A stretch of DNA of 64,000 nucleotides, from assembly GCF_009914755.1 (NCBI RefSeq), contig NC_060933.1; one strand, 5' to 3'. This DNA is from the human T2T-CHM13v2.0 reference genome, Homo sapiens. Below are positions 28,099-43,700 of the stretch, piece after piece; the stretch's first letter is position 1; the number at the start of each line of letters is the position of its first letter. Below the pieces are notes generated by a model, which saw only the letters and a program-made list of their open reading frames with translations, had not been told where the DNA came from and made no database searches. Made by a program: the position numbers and the translations under genes.

Positions 28099-31000
28099 GA
28101 AACCGAGTGCAGGGGAATGGAATGGAATGGAATGCAATGGAATGGAGTCATCCGGAATGGAACGGAATGGAATGGAATGGAATCAACCCGAGTGCAATGG
28201 AATGGAATGGAATGGAAAGGAATGGAATGGAATGGATTCAACCCGAATGGAATGGAAAGGAATGGAATCAACCCGAGAGGAATGGCATGGAATGGAATGG
28301 AATGGAATGGAGTGGAATGGTACGGAATAGAATGTAATGGAACGAAACGGAATGGAATGGAATGGAATGGAATGGAATCATTCCGAGTGGAATAGAAGGG
28401 AATGTTTTCGAGTGGAATGAAAAGGAATGGTATCAACCAGAGTGGAATGGAATGGAATCGAATGGAATGGAAAGGAATAGAATGGAATCAACCCGAGTGG
28501 AATGGAATGGAAAGGACTGGAATGGAATGGAATGGAATGCAATGGAATCAACTCGATTGCAATGAAATGGAATGGAATGGAATGGAATGGAATGGAATGG
28601 AATGGAATGGAATGGAATGGAATGGAATAGAATGGAAAGGAATCACTCCAAGTGCAGGGGAATTTAATGGAATGGAATGCAGTGGAATGGAATCATCCGG
28701 AATGGAATGGAATGGAATGGAATGGAACGGAATGGAATGGAATCAACTCGAATTCAATGGAATGGAAAGGAATGGAATGGAATGGAATGCAATGGAATCG
28801 TACGGAATAGAATGGAATGGAACGAAATGGAATGTAATGGAATGGACTGGAATGGAATGGAATGGAATGGAACGGAATGGAATGGAATGAACCCGCGTGC
28901 AATGGAATGGAACGGAATGGAATGGAATGGAATGGAATGGAATGGAATGGGTTCAACTCGAATGGAATGGAAAGGAATGGAATCAACACGAGTGGAATGG
29001 CATGGAATGGAATGGAATTGAATGAAATGGAATGGAATGGAATGGAATGAAATGTAATGGAATGGAAAGGAATGGAATCAACACGAGTGGAATGGCATGG
29101 AATGGAATGGAATTGAATGAAATGGAATGGAATGGAATGGAATGAAATGTAATGGAATGGAATGGAATGGAATCAACCCGAGTGCAATGTAATGGAATCG
29201 AATGGAATGGAATGGAATGGATTCAACCCGAATGGAATTAAAAGGAATGGAATATACCCGAGTGGAATGGCATGGAATGGAGTGGAATGGAATGGAATGG
29301 AATGGAATGGAATGGAATGGTACGGAATAGAATGGAATATAACGAAATGGAATGTAAGGGAATGGAATGGAATGGAATGGAATGAACCCGTGTGCAATGG
29401 AATGGAATGGAATGGAATGGAATGGAATGGAATGGAATGGATTCAACTCTAATGGAATGGAAGGGAATGGAATCAACGCGAGTGGAATGGCATGGAATGG
29501 AATGGAATGGAATGGAATGGAAGTAAATGGAATGGAATGGAATGAACCCGAGTGCAGGGGAATGGAATGGAATGGAATGGAATGGAATGGAATGGAATTG
29601 AATGGAATGGAATGGAATGCAGTGGAATGGAATCAAACCTAGTGCAATTGAATGGAATGGAATGGAATGGAATGGAATGGAATGGAATGGATTCAACCCA
29701 AATGGAATGGAAAGCAATGGAATCAACCCGAGTGGAATGGCATGGAATGGAATGGAATGGAATGTAATGGAATGGAATGGAATGGAATGGAATGGTACGG
29801 AATAAAATGGAATGGAACGAAATGGAATGGAATGGAACGGAATAGAATGGAATCATTCCGAGTGGAATAGAAGGGAATGAATTCGAGTGGAATGGAAAGG
29901 AATGGAATCAACCAGAGTGGAATGGAAGGGAATGGAATGGAATGGAAACTAATAAAATGGAATCAACACGAGTGGAATGGAATGGAAAGGACTTGAATGG
30001 AATGGAATGGAATGGAATGGAATCAAGTCGATTGCAATGGAATGTAATGGAATGGAGTGGAATGGAATTAACGCGAATAGAATGGAATGGAATGGAATGG
30101 AATGGAATGGAATGGAATGGAATGGAATGGAATCAACCTGAGTGCAGGGGAATAGAATGCAATGGAATGCAATGGAATGGAATGGAATGGAATGGAATCA
30201 ACGCGAGTGCAGGGGAATGGAATGTAATGGAATGCAATGGAATGGAATCTTCCGGAATGGAATGGAATGGAATGGAATCAACCCGAGTGCAATGGAATGG
30301 AGTGGAATGGAATGGAATGGAATTGAACAACCCGAATGCAATCGAATGTAATGGAGAGTAAGGGAGTTGAATAGAATCAATCCGAATGTAATGGAATGGA
30401 ATGGAACGGAATGGAATTGAATGGTATGGAATGGAATGCAATGGAATGGAATCAACCCGAGTGCAATGGAATGGAGAGGAATGGAATGGAAACTACCCGA
30501 ATGGAATGGAATGTAATGGAGTGTAAGGGAATTGAATAGAATCAATCCGAATGTAATGGAATGGAATGGAACGGAATGGAATGGAATGGAATGGAATGGA
30601 ATGGAATGGAATGGAATGGAATACAATGGAATGGAATCAACCCGAGTGCAATCGAATGGAATCGAAAGTAATGGAATGCAATGGAATGGATTCAACTTGA
30701 ATGGAATGGAAAGAATGGAATCAATACGAGTGGAATGGCATGGATTGGAATGGAATGGAATGGAATCAACCCGAGTACAGGGGAATGGAATGGAATGGAA
30801 TGCAATGGAATGGAATCATCCGTAATGTAATGGAAAGGAATGGAATGGAATGGAATGGAATGGAATGGAATGGAATGGAATCAACTCGATTGCAGTCGAA
30901 TGGAATGGAATGGAATTAACCCAAATAGAATGGAATGGAATGGAATGGAATGGAACGGAAAGGAATGGAATGGAATGGAATGGAATAGAATGGAATGGAA

Positions 31001-34000
31001 CGGAACGGAATGGAACGGAATGGAATGGAATGGAATGGAATGGAATGGAATGGAATGGAATCAACGCGAGTGCAGGGGAATGGAATGGAATGGAATGCAA
31101 TGGAATGGAATCTTCCGGAATGGAATGGAATGGAATGGAATGGCATGAAATGCAATGGATTCAACTCGATTGCAATGGAATGGAATAGAATGGAATGGAA
31201 TGGAATGGAATGGAATTAACCCGAATAGAATGGAATGGAATGGAATGGAACGGAATGGAACGGAACGGAATGGAACGGAATGGAATGGAATGGAATGGAA
31301 TGGAATGGAATGGAATGGTATGGAGTGGAATGGAATGGAATCAACACGAGTGCAGTGTAATGGAATCGAATGGAATGGAATGGAATGGAATGGATTCAAC
31401 ACGAATGGAATGGAAAGGAATGGAATAAACCCGCGTGGAATGGCATGGAATGGAGTGGAATGGAATGGAATGGAATGGAATGGAATCAACCCGAGTGCAA
31501 TGTAATGGAATGGAATGGAATGGAATGGAATGGAATGGATTCAACCCGAATGGAATGGAAAGGAATGGAATAATCCCGAGTGGAATGGCATGAAGTGGAG
31601 TGGAATGGAATGGAATGGAATGGAATGGTACGGAATAGAATGGAATGGAACGAAATGGAATGGAATGGAATGGAATGGAATGAACCCGTGTGCAATGGAA
31701 TGGAATCGAATGGAATGGAATGGATTGGAATGGATTCAACTCGAATGGAATGGAAAGGAATGGAATCAACCCGAGTGGAATGGCATGGAATGGAATGGAA
31801 TGGAATGGAATGGAATGGAATGGAATGGTACGGAATAGAATGGAAAGGAACGAAATGGAATGGAATGAAATGGAATGGAATGGAATGGAATGGAATGGAA
31901 TGGAATGGAATGGAATCAACCCGAGTGCAGGGGAATGGAATGGAATTGAAGGCAATGGAATGGAATCATCCGGAATTGAATGGAATGGAATGGAATCAAC
32001 TCGATTGCAATGGAATGGAATGGAATGGAATGGAATGGAATGGAATGGAATGGAATTAACCAGAATAGAATGGAATGGAATGGAATGGAAGTAAATGGAA
32101 TGGAAGGTAATGAACCCGAGTGCAGGGGAATGGAATGGAATGGAATGCAATGAAATGGAGTCATCCGGAATGGAACGGAAAGGAATGGAATGGAACCAAC
32201 CCGTGTGCAATGGAATTGAAAGGAATGGAATTGAATGGAATGGAATGGAATGGAATGGAATGGAATGGAATGGAATGGAATGGATTCAACCCGAATGGAA
32301 TGGAAAGGAAGGGAATCAACCCAAGTGGAATGGCATGGAATGGAATGGATTGGAATGGAATGGAATGGTACCGAATGGAATGGAATGGAATGGTACCGAA
32401 TAGAATGGAATGGAACGAAATGGAACGGAATGGAATGGAATGGAATGGAATGGAGTGAACACGTGTGCAATGGATTGGAATGGAATGGAATGGAATGGAA
32501 TGGAATGGAATGGGTTCGACTCGAATGGAACGGAATGTAATGAAATCAACCCGAGTGGAATGGCATGGAATGGAATGGAATGGAATGGAATGGAATGGAA
32601 TGGAAACAACACGAGTGCAATGTAATGGAATCGAATGGAATGGAATGCAATGGATTCAACCCGAATGGAATGGAAACGAATGGAATAAAACCGAGTGGAA
32701 TGGCATGGAATGGAGTCTAATGGAATGGAATGGAATGGAATGGTATGGAATAGAATGGAATGGAACGAAATGGAATGGAATGGAATGGAATGAAATGAAC
32801 CCGTGTGCAATGGAATGGAATGGAATGGAATGGAATGGAATGGATTCAACTCGAATGGAATGGAAAGGAATGGAATCAACCCGAGTGGAATGGCATGGAA
32901 TGGAATGGAATGGAATGGAATTAACCCTAATAGAATGGAATGGAATGGAATGGAATGGAATGGAATGGAATGGAATGGAAGGAAATGGAATGGAATGGAA
33001 TGGAATGGAATGGAATGGAATGGAATGGTACGGAATAGAATGGAATGGAACGAAATGGAATGGAATGGAATGGAATGGGATGGAATGGAATGGAATGGAA
33101 TCAACCCGAGTGCAGGGGAATGGAATGGAATGGAAGGCAATGGAATGACATCATTCGGAATTGAATGGAATGGAATGGAATGGAATGGAATCAACTCGAT
33201 TGGAATGGAATGGAATGGAATGGAATGGAATGGAATGGAATGGAATGGAAGTGAATGGAATGGAATGTAATGAAACCGAGTGCAGGGGAATGGAATGGAA
33301 TGGAATGCAATGGAATGGAGTCATCCGGAATGGAACGGAATGGAATGGAATGGAATCAACCCGAGTGCAATGGAATGGAATGGAATGGAAAGGAATGGAA
33401 TGGAATGGACTCAACCCGAATGGAATGGAAAGGAATGGAATCAACCCGAGAGGAATGGCATGGAATGGAATGGAATGGAATGGAGTGGAATGGTACAGAA
33501 TAGAATGTAATGGAACGAAATGGAATGGAATGGAATGGAATGGAATGGAATCATTCCGAGTGGAATAGAAGGGAATGTTTTCGAGTGGAATGAAAAGGAA
33601 TGGAATCAACCAGAGTGGAATGGAATGGAATCGAGTGGAATGGAATGCAATCGAATGGAATGGAAAGGAATAGAATGGAATCAACCCGAGTGGAATGGAA
33701 TGGAAAGGACTGGAATGGAATGGAATGGAATGCAATGGAATCAACTCGATTGCAATGAAATGGAATGGAATGGAATGGAATGGAATGGAATTAACCGGAA
33801 TAGAATGGAATTGAATGGAATGGAAAGGAATGGAATGGAATAGAATGGAATGGAATGGATTCAACTCGAATGGAATGGAAAGGAATGGAATCAACCCGAG
33901 TGGAATGGCATGGAACGGAATGGAATGGAATGGAATGGAATGGAATTAACCCTAATAGAATGGAATGGAATGGAATGGAATGGAATGGAATGGAATGGAA

Positions 34001-34326
34001 TGGAATGGAATGGAAGGAAATGGAATGGAATGGAATGGAATGGAATGGAATGGAATGGAATGGAAGGAAATGGAATGGAATGGAATGGAATGGAATGGAA
34101 TGGAATGGAAGGAAATGGAATGGAATGGAATGGAATGGAATGGAATGGAATGGAAAGGAATGGAATGGAATGGAATGGAAGGAAATGGAATGGAATGGAA
34201 TGGAATGGAATGGAATGGAATGGAATGGTACGGAATAGAATGGAATGGAACGAAATGGAATGGAATGGAATGGAATGGAATGGAATGGAATGGAATGGAA
34301 TGGAAGTGAATGGAATGGAATGTAAT
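28099..34326 (+). repeat. Unit U6, long type L
   Basis: Copy of U3 at an offset of 16824-16829. Confidence 0.85.
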
Positions 34327-37300
34327 GAAACCGAGTGCAGGGGAATGGAATGGAATGGAATGCAATGGAATGGAGTCATCCGGAATGGAACGGAATGGAA
34401 TGGAATGGAATCAACCCGAGTGCAATGGAATGGAATGGAATGGAAAGGAATGGAATGGAATGGATTCAACCCGAATGGAATGGAAAGGAATGGAATCAAC
34501 CCGAGAGGAATGGCATGGAATGGAATGGAATGGAATGGAGTGGAATGGTACGGAATAGAATGTAATGGAACGAAACGGAATGGAATGGAATGGAATGGAA
34601 TGGAATGGAATGGAATCATTCCGAGTGGAATAGAAGGGAATGTTTTCGAGTGGAATGAAAAGGAATGGTATCAACCAGAGTGGAATGGAATGGAATCGAA
34701 TGGAATGGAAAGGAATAGAATGGAATCAACCCGAGTGGAATGGAATGGAAAGGACTGGAATGGAATGGAATGGAATGCAATGGAATCAACACGATTGCAA
34801 TGAAATGGAATGGAATGGAATGGAATGGAATGGAATGGAATGGAATAGAATGGAAAGGAATCACTCCAAGTGCAGGGGAATTTAATGGAATGGAATGCAG
34901 TGGAATGGAATCATCCGGAATGGAATGGAATGGAATGGAATGGAACGGAATGGAATGGAATCAACTCGAATTCAATGGAATGGAAAGGAATGGAATGGAA
35001 TGGAATGCAATGGAATCGTACGGAATAGAATGGAATGGAACGAAATGGAATGTAATGGAATGGAATGGAATGGAATGGAATGGAACGGAATGGAATGGAA
35101 TGAACCCGCGTGCAATGGAATGGAACGGAATGGAATGGAATGGAATGGAATGGAATGGAATGGAATGGGTTCAACTCGAATGGAATGGAAAGGAATGGAA
35201 TCAACACGAGTGGAATGGCATGGAATGGAATGGAATTGAATGAAATGGAATGGAATGGAATGGAATGAAATGTAATGGAATGGAAAGGAATGGAATCAAC
35301 ACGAGTGGAATGGCATGGAATGGAATGGAATTGAATGAAATGGAATGGAATGGAATGGAATGAAATGTAATGGAATGGAATGGAATGGAATCAACCCGAG
35401 TGCAATGTAATGGAATCGAATGGAATGGAATGGAATGGATTCAACCCGAATGGAATTAAAAGGAATGGAATATACCCGAGTGGAATGGCATGGAATGGAG
35501 TGGAATGGAATGGAATGGAATGGAATGGAATGGTACGGAATAGAATGGAATGTAACGAAATGGAATGTAAGGGAATGGAATGGAATGGAATGGAATGAAC
35601 CCGTGTGCAATGGAATGGAATGGAATGGAATGGAATGGAATGGAATGGAATGGATTCAACTCTAATGGAATGGAAGGGAATGGAATCAACGCGAGTGGAA
35701 TGGCATGGAATGGAATGGAATGGAATGGAATGGAAGTAAATGGAATGGAATGGAATGAACCCGAGTGCAGGGGAATGGAATGGAATGGAATGGAATGGAA
35801 TGGAATGGAATTGAATGGAATGGAATGGAATGCAGTGGAATGGAATCAAACCTAGTGCAATTGAATGGAATGGAATGGAATGGAATGGAATGGAATGGAA
35901 TGGAATGGATTCAACCCAAATGGAATGGAAAGCAATGGAATCAACCCGAGTGGAATGGCATGGAATGGAATGGAATGGAATGTAATGGAATGGAATGGAA
36001 TGGAATGGAATGGTACGGAATAAAATGGAATGGAACGAAATGGAATGGAATGGAACGGAATAGAATGGAATGATTCCGAGTGGAATAGAAGGGAATGAAT
36101 TCGAGTGGAATGGAAAGGAATGGAATCAACCAGAGTGGAATGGAAGGGAATGGAATGGAATGGAAACTAATAAAATGGAATCAACACGAGTGGAATGGAA
36201 TGGAAAGGACTTGAATGGAATGGAATGGAATGGAATGGAATCAAGTCGATTGCAATGGAATGTAATGGAATGGAGTGGAATGGAATTAACGCGAATAGAA
36301 TGGAATGGAATGGAATGGAATGGAATGGAATGGAATGGAATGGAATGGAATCAACCTGAGTGCAGGGGAATGGAATGCAATGGAATGCAATGGAATGGAA
36401 TGGAATGGAATGGAATCAACGCGAGTGCAGGGGAATGGAATGTAATGGAATGCAATGGAATGGAATCTTCCGGAATGGAATGGAATGGAATGGAATCAAC
36501 CCGAGTGCAATGGAATGGAGTGGAATGGAATGGAATGGAATTGAACAACACGAATGCAATCGAATGTAATGGAGAGTAAGGGAGTTGAATAGAATCAATC
36601 CGAATGTAATGGAATGGAATGGAACGGAATGGAATTGAATGGTATGGAATGGAATGCAATGGAATGGAATCAACCCGAGTGCAATGGAATGGAGAGGAAT
36701 GGAGTGGAAACTACCCGAATGGAATGGAATGTAATGGAGTGTAAGGGAATTGAATAGAATCAATCCGAATGTAATGGAATGGAATGGAACGGAATGGAAT
36801 GGAATGGAATGGAATGGAATGGAATGGAATGGAATACAATGGAATGGAATCAACCCGAGTGCAATCGAATGGAATCGAATGTAATGGAATGCAATGGAAT
36901 GGATTCAACTTGAATGGAATGGAAAGAATGGAATCAATACGAGTGGAATGGCATGGATTGGAATGGAATGGAATGGAATCAACCCGAGTACAGGGGAATG
37001 GAATGGAATGGAATGCAATGGAATGGAATCATCCGTAATGTAATGGAAAGGAATGGAATGGAATGGAATGGAATGGAATGGAATGGAATGGAATGGAATC
37101 AACTCGATTGCAGTCGAATGGAATGGAATGGAATTAACCCAAATAGAATGGAATGGAATGGAATGGAATGGAACGGAAAGGAATGGAATGGAATGGAATG
37201 GAATAGAATGGAATGGAACGGAACGGAATGGAACGGAATGGAATGGAATGGAATGGAATGGAATGGAATGGAATGGAATCAACGCGAGTGCAGGGGAATG

Positions 37301-40300
37301 GAATGGAATGGAATGCAATGGAATGGAATCATCCGGAATGGAATGGAATGGAATGGAATGGCATGAAATGCAATGGATTCAACTCGATTGCAATGGAATG
37401 GAATGGAATGGAATGGAATGGAATGGAATGGAATGGAATTAACCCGAATAGAATGGAATGGAATGGAATGGAACGGAATGGAACGGAATGGAATGGAATG
37501 GAATGGAATGGAATGGTATGGAGTGGAATGGAATGGAATCAACACGAGTGCAGTGTAATGGAATCGAATGGAATGGAATGGAATGGAATGGATTCAACAC
37601 GAATGGAATGGAAAGGAATGGAATAAACCCGCGTGGAATGGCATGGAATGGAGTGGAATGGAATGGAATGGAATGGAATGGAATGGAATCAACCCGAGTG
37701 CAATGTAATGGAATCGAATGGAATGGAATGGAATGGAATGGATTCAACCCGAATGGAATGGAAAGGAATGGAATAATCCCGAGTGGAATGGCATGAAGTG
37801 GAGTGGAATGGAATGGAATGGAATGGAATGGAATGGTACGGAATAGAATGGAATGGAACGAAATGGAATGGAATGGAATGGAATGGAATGGAATGGAATG
37901 GAATGAACCCGTGTGCAATGGAATGGAATCGAATGGAATGGAATGGATTGGAATGGATTCAACTCGAATGGAATGGAAAGGAATGGAATGAACACGAGTG
38001 GAATGGCATGGAATGGAATGGAATGGAATGGAATGGAATGGAATGGTACGGAATAGAATGGAATGGAACGAAATGGAATGGAATGGAATGGAATGGAATG
38101 GAATGGAATGAACCCGTGTGCAATGGAATGGAATCGAATGGAATGGAATGGATTGGAATGGATTCAACTCGAATGGAATGGAAAGGAATGGAATGAACAC
38201 GAGTGGAATGGCATGGAATGGAATGGAATGAAATGGAATGGAATGGAATGGAATGGAATGGAATGGAATCAACCCGAGTGCAGGGGAATGGAATGGAATT
38301 GAAGGCAATGGAATGGAATCATCCGGAATTGAATGGAATGGAATGGAATCAACTCGATTGCAATGGAATGGAATGGAATGGAATGGAATGGAATGGAATG
38401 GAATGGAATGGAATGGAATGGAATTAACCCGAATAGAATGGAATGGAATGGAATGGAAGTAAATGGAATGGAAGGTAATGAACCCGAGTGCAGGGGAATG
38501 GAATGGAATGGAATGCAATGAAATGGAGTCATCCGGAATGGAACGGAAAGGAATGGAATGGAACCAACCCGTGTGCAATGGAATTGAAAGGAATGGAATG
38601 GAATGGAATGGAATGGAATGGAATGGAATGGAATGGAATGGATTCAACCCGAATGGAATGGAAAGGAAGGGAATCAACCCAAGTGGAATGGCATGGAATG
38701 GAATGGATTGGAATGGAATGGAATGGTACCGAATGGAATGGAATGGAATGGTACCGAATAGAATGGAATGGAACGAAATGGAACGGAATGGAATGGAATG
38801 GAGTGAACACGTGTGCAATGGATTGGAATGGAATGGAATGGAATGGAATGGAATGGAATGGAATGGGTTCGACTCGAATGGAACGGAATGTAATGAAATC
38901 AACCCGAGTGGAATGGCATGGAATGGAATGGAATGGAATGGAATGGAATGGAAACAACACGAGTGCAATGTAATGGAATCGAATGGAATGGAATGCAATG
39001 GATTCAACCCGAATGGAATGGAAACGAATGGAATAAAACCGAGTGGAATGGCATGGAATGGAGTCTAATGGAATGGAATGGAATGGAATGGTATGGAATA
39101 GAATGGAATGGAACGAAATGGAATGGAATGGAATGGAATGAAATGAACCCGTGTGCAATGGAATGGAATGGAATGGAATGGAATGGAATGGATTCAACTC
39201 GAATGGAATGGAAAGGAATGGAATCAACCCGAGTGGAATGGCATGGAATGGAATGGAATGGAATGGAATTAACCCTAATAGAATGGAATGGAATGGAATG
39301 GAATGGAATGGAATGGAAGGAAATGGAATGGAATGGAATGGAATGGAATGGAATGGAATGGAATGGTACGGAATAGAATGGAATGGAACGAAATGGAATG
39401 GAATGGAATGGAATGGGATGGAATGGAATGGAATGGAATCAACCCGAGTGCAGGGGAATGGAATGGAATGGAAGGCAATGGAATGACATCATTCGGAATT
39501 GAATGGAATGGAATGGAATGGAACGAAATGGAATGGAATGGAATGGAATGGGATGGAATGGAATGGAATGGAATCAACCCGAGTGCAGGGGAATGGAATG
39601 GAATGGAAGGCAATGGAATGACATCATTCGGAATTGAATGGAATGGAATGGAATGGAATGGAATCAACTCGATTGGAATGGAATGGAATGGAATGGAATG
39701 GAATGGAATGGAATGGAATGGAATGGAAGTGAATGGAATGGAATGGAATGAAACCGAGTGCAGGGGAATGGAATGGAATGGAATGCAATGGAATGGAGTC
39801 ATCCGGAATGGAACGGAATGGAATGGAATGGAATCAACCCGAGTGCAATGGAATGGAATGGAATGGAAAGGAATGGAATGGAATGGACTCAACCCGAATG
39901 GAATGGAAAGGAATGGAATCAACCCGAGAGGAATGGCATGGAATGGAATGGAATGGAATGGAGTGGAATGGTACAGAATAGAATGTAATGGAACGAAATG
40001 GAATGGAATGGAATGGAATGGAATGGAATCATTCCGAGTGGAATAGAAGGGAATGTTTTCGAGTGGAATGAAAAGGAATGGAATCAACCAGAGTGGAATG
40101 GAATGGAATCGAGTGGAATGGAATGCAATCGAATGGAATGGAAAGGAATAGAATGGAATCAACCCGAGTGGAATGGAATGGAAAGGACTGGAATGGAATG
40201 GAATGGAATGCAATGGAATCAACTCGATTGCAATGAAATGGAATGGAATGGAATGGAATGGAATGGAATTAACCGGAATAGAATGGAATTGAATGGAATG

Positions 40301-40774
40301 GAAAGGAATGGAATGGAATAGAATGGAATGGAATGGATTCAACTCGAATGGAATGGAAAGGAATGGAATCAACCCGAGTGGAATGGCATGGAACGGAATG
40401 GAATGGAATGGAATGGAATGGAATTAACCCTAATAGAATGGAATGGAATGGAATGGAATGGAATGGAATGGAATGGAATGGAAGGAAATGGAATGGAATG
40501 GAATGGAATGGAATGGAATGGAATGGAATGGAAGGAAATGGAATGGAATGGAATGGAATGGAATGGAATGGAATGGAAGGAAATGGAATGGAATGGAATG
40601 GAATGGAATGGAAAGGAATGGAATGGAATGGAATGGAAGGAAATGGAATGGAATGGAATGGAATGGAATGGAATGGAATGGAATGGTACGGAATAGAATG
40701 GAATGGAACGAAATGGAATGGAATGGAATGGAATGGAATGGAATGGAATGGAATGGAATGGAATGGAATGGAAT
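34327..40774 (+). repeat. Unit U7, long type L'
   Basis: Copy of U4. Has ATGATTCCG at 36070 and duplicated GACATCATTC at 39485 and 39620. Confidence 0.85.
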
Positions 40775-43700
40775 GAAACCGAGTGCAGGGGAATGGAATG
40801 GAATGGAATGCAATGGAATGGAGTCATCCGGAATGGAACGGAATGGAATGGAATGGAATCAACCCGAGTGCAATGGAATGGAATGGAATGGAAAGGAATG
40901 GAATGGAATGGATTCAACCCGAATGGAATGGAAAGGAATGGAATCAACCCGAGAGGAATGGCATGGAATGGAATGGAATGGAATGGAGTGGAATGGTACG
41001 GAATAGAATGTAATGGAACGAAACGGAATGGAATGGAATGGAATGGAATGGAATGGAATGGAATCATTCCGAGTGGAATAGAAGGGAATGTTTTCGAGTG
41101 GAATGAAAAGGAATGGTATCAACCAGAGTGGAATGGAATGGAATCGAATGGAATGGAAAGGAATAGAATGGAATCAACCCGAGTGGAATGGAATGGAAAG
41201 GACTGGAATGGAATGGAATGGAATGCAATGGAATCAACACGATTGCAATGAAATGGAATGGAATGGAAGGGAATGGAATGGAATGGAATGGAATGGAATA
41301 GAATGGAAAGGAATCACTCCAAGTGCAGGGGAATTTAATGGAATGGAATGCAGTGGAATGGAATCATCCGGAATGGAATGGAATGGAATGGAATGGAACG
41401 GAATGGAATGGAATCAACTCGAATTCAATGGAATGGAAAGGAATGGAATGGAATGGAATGCAATGGAATCGTACGGAATAGAATGGAATGGAACGAAATG
41501 GAATGTAATGGAATGGAATGGAATGGAATGGAATGGAACGGAATGGAATGGAATGAACCCGCGTGCAATGGAATGGAACGGAATGGAATGGAATGGAATG
41601 GAATGGAATGGGTTCAACTCGAATGGAATGGAAAGGAATGGAATCAACACGAGTGGAATGGCATGGAATGGAATGGAATTGAATGAAATGGAATGGAATG
41701 GAATGGAATGAAATGTAATGGAATGGAAAGGAATGGAATCAACACGAGTGGAATGGCATGGAATGGAATGGAATTGAATGAAATGGAATGGAATGGAATG
41801 GAATGAAATGTAATGGAATGGAATGGAATGGAATCAACCCGAGTGCAATGTAATGGAATGGAATGGAATGGAATGGAATGGATTCAACCCGAATGGAATT
41901 AAAAGGAATGGAATATACCCGAGTGGAATGGCATGGAATGGAGTGGAATGGAATGGAATGGAATGGAATGGTACGGAATAGAATGGAATGTAACGAAATG
42001 GAATGTAAGGGAATGGAATGGAATGGAATGGAATGAACCCGTGTGCAATGGAATGGAATGGAATGGAATGGAATGGAATGGAATGGATTCAACTCTAATG
42101 GAATGGAAGGGAATGGAATCAACGCGAGTGGAATGGCATGGAATGGAATGGAATGGAATGGAATGGAAGTAAATGGAATGGAATGGAATGAACCCGAGTG
42201 CAGGGGAATGGAATGGAATGGAATGGAATGGAATGGAATGGAATTGAATGGAATGGAATGGAATGCAGTGGAATGGAATCAAACCTAGTGCAATTGAATG
42301 GAATGGAATGGAATGGAATGGAATGGAATGGAATGGAATGGATTCAACCCAAATGGAATGGAAAGCAATGGAATCAACCCGAGTGGAATGGCATGGAATG
42401 GAATGGAATGGAATGTAATGGAATGGAATGGAATGGAATGGAATGGTACGGAATAAAATGGAATGGAACGAAATGGAATGGAATGGAACGGAATAGAATG
42501 GAATCATTCCGAGTGGAATAGAAGGGAATGAATTCGAGTGGAATGGAAAGGAATGGAATCAACCAGAGTGGAATGGAAGGGAATGGAATGGAATGGAAAC
42601 TAATAAAATGGAATCAACACGAGTGGAATGGAATGGAAAGGACTTGAATGGAATGGAATGGAATGGAATGGAATCAAGTCGATTGCAATGGAATGTAATG
42701 GAATGGAGTGGAATGGAATTAACGCGAATAGAATGGAATGGAATGGAATGGAATGGAATGGAATGGAATGGAATGGAATCAACCTGAGTGCAGGGGAATG
42801 GAATGCAATGGAATGCAATGGAATGGAATGGAATGGAATGGAATCAACGCGAGTGCAGGGGAATGGAATGTAATGGAATGCAATGGAATGGAATCTTCCG
42901 GAATGGAATGGAATGGAATGGAATCAACCCGAGTGCAATGGAATGGAGTGGAATGGAATGGAATGGAATTGAACAACACGAATGCAATCGAATGTAATGG
43001 AGAGTAAGGGAGTTGAATAGAATCAATCCGAATGTAATGGAATGGAATGGAACGGAATGGAATTGAATGGTATGGAATGGAATGCAATGGAATGGAATCA
43101 ACCCGAGTGCAATGGAATGGAGAGGAATGGAGTGGAAACTACCCGAATGGAATGGAATGTAATGGAGTGTAAGGGAATTGAATAGAATCAATCCGAATGT
43201 AATGGAATGGAATGGAACGGAATGGAATGGAATGGAATGGAATGGAATGGAATGGAATGGAATACAATGGAATGGAATCAACCCGAGTGCAATCGAATGG
43301 AATCGAATGTAATGGAATGCAATGGAATGGATTCAACTTGAATGGAATGGAAAGAATGGAATCAATACGAGTGGAATGGCATGGATTGGAATGGAATGGA
43401 ATGGAATCAACCCGAGTACAGGGGAATGGAATGGAATGGAATGCAATGGAATGGAATCATCCGTAATGTAATGGAAAGGAATGGAATGGAATGGAATGGA
43501 ATGGAATGGAATGGAATGGAATGGAATCAACTCGATTGCAGTCGAATGGAATGGAATGGAATTAACCCAAATAGAATGGAATGGAATGGAATGGAATGGA
43601 ACGGAAAGGAATGGAATGGAATGGAATGGAATAGAATGGAATGGAACGGAACGGAATGGAACGGAATGGAATGGAATGGAATGGAATGGAATGGAATGGA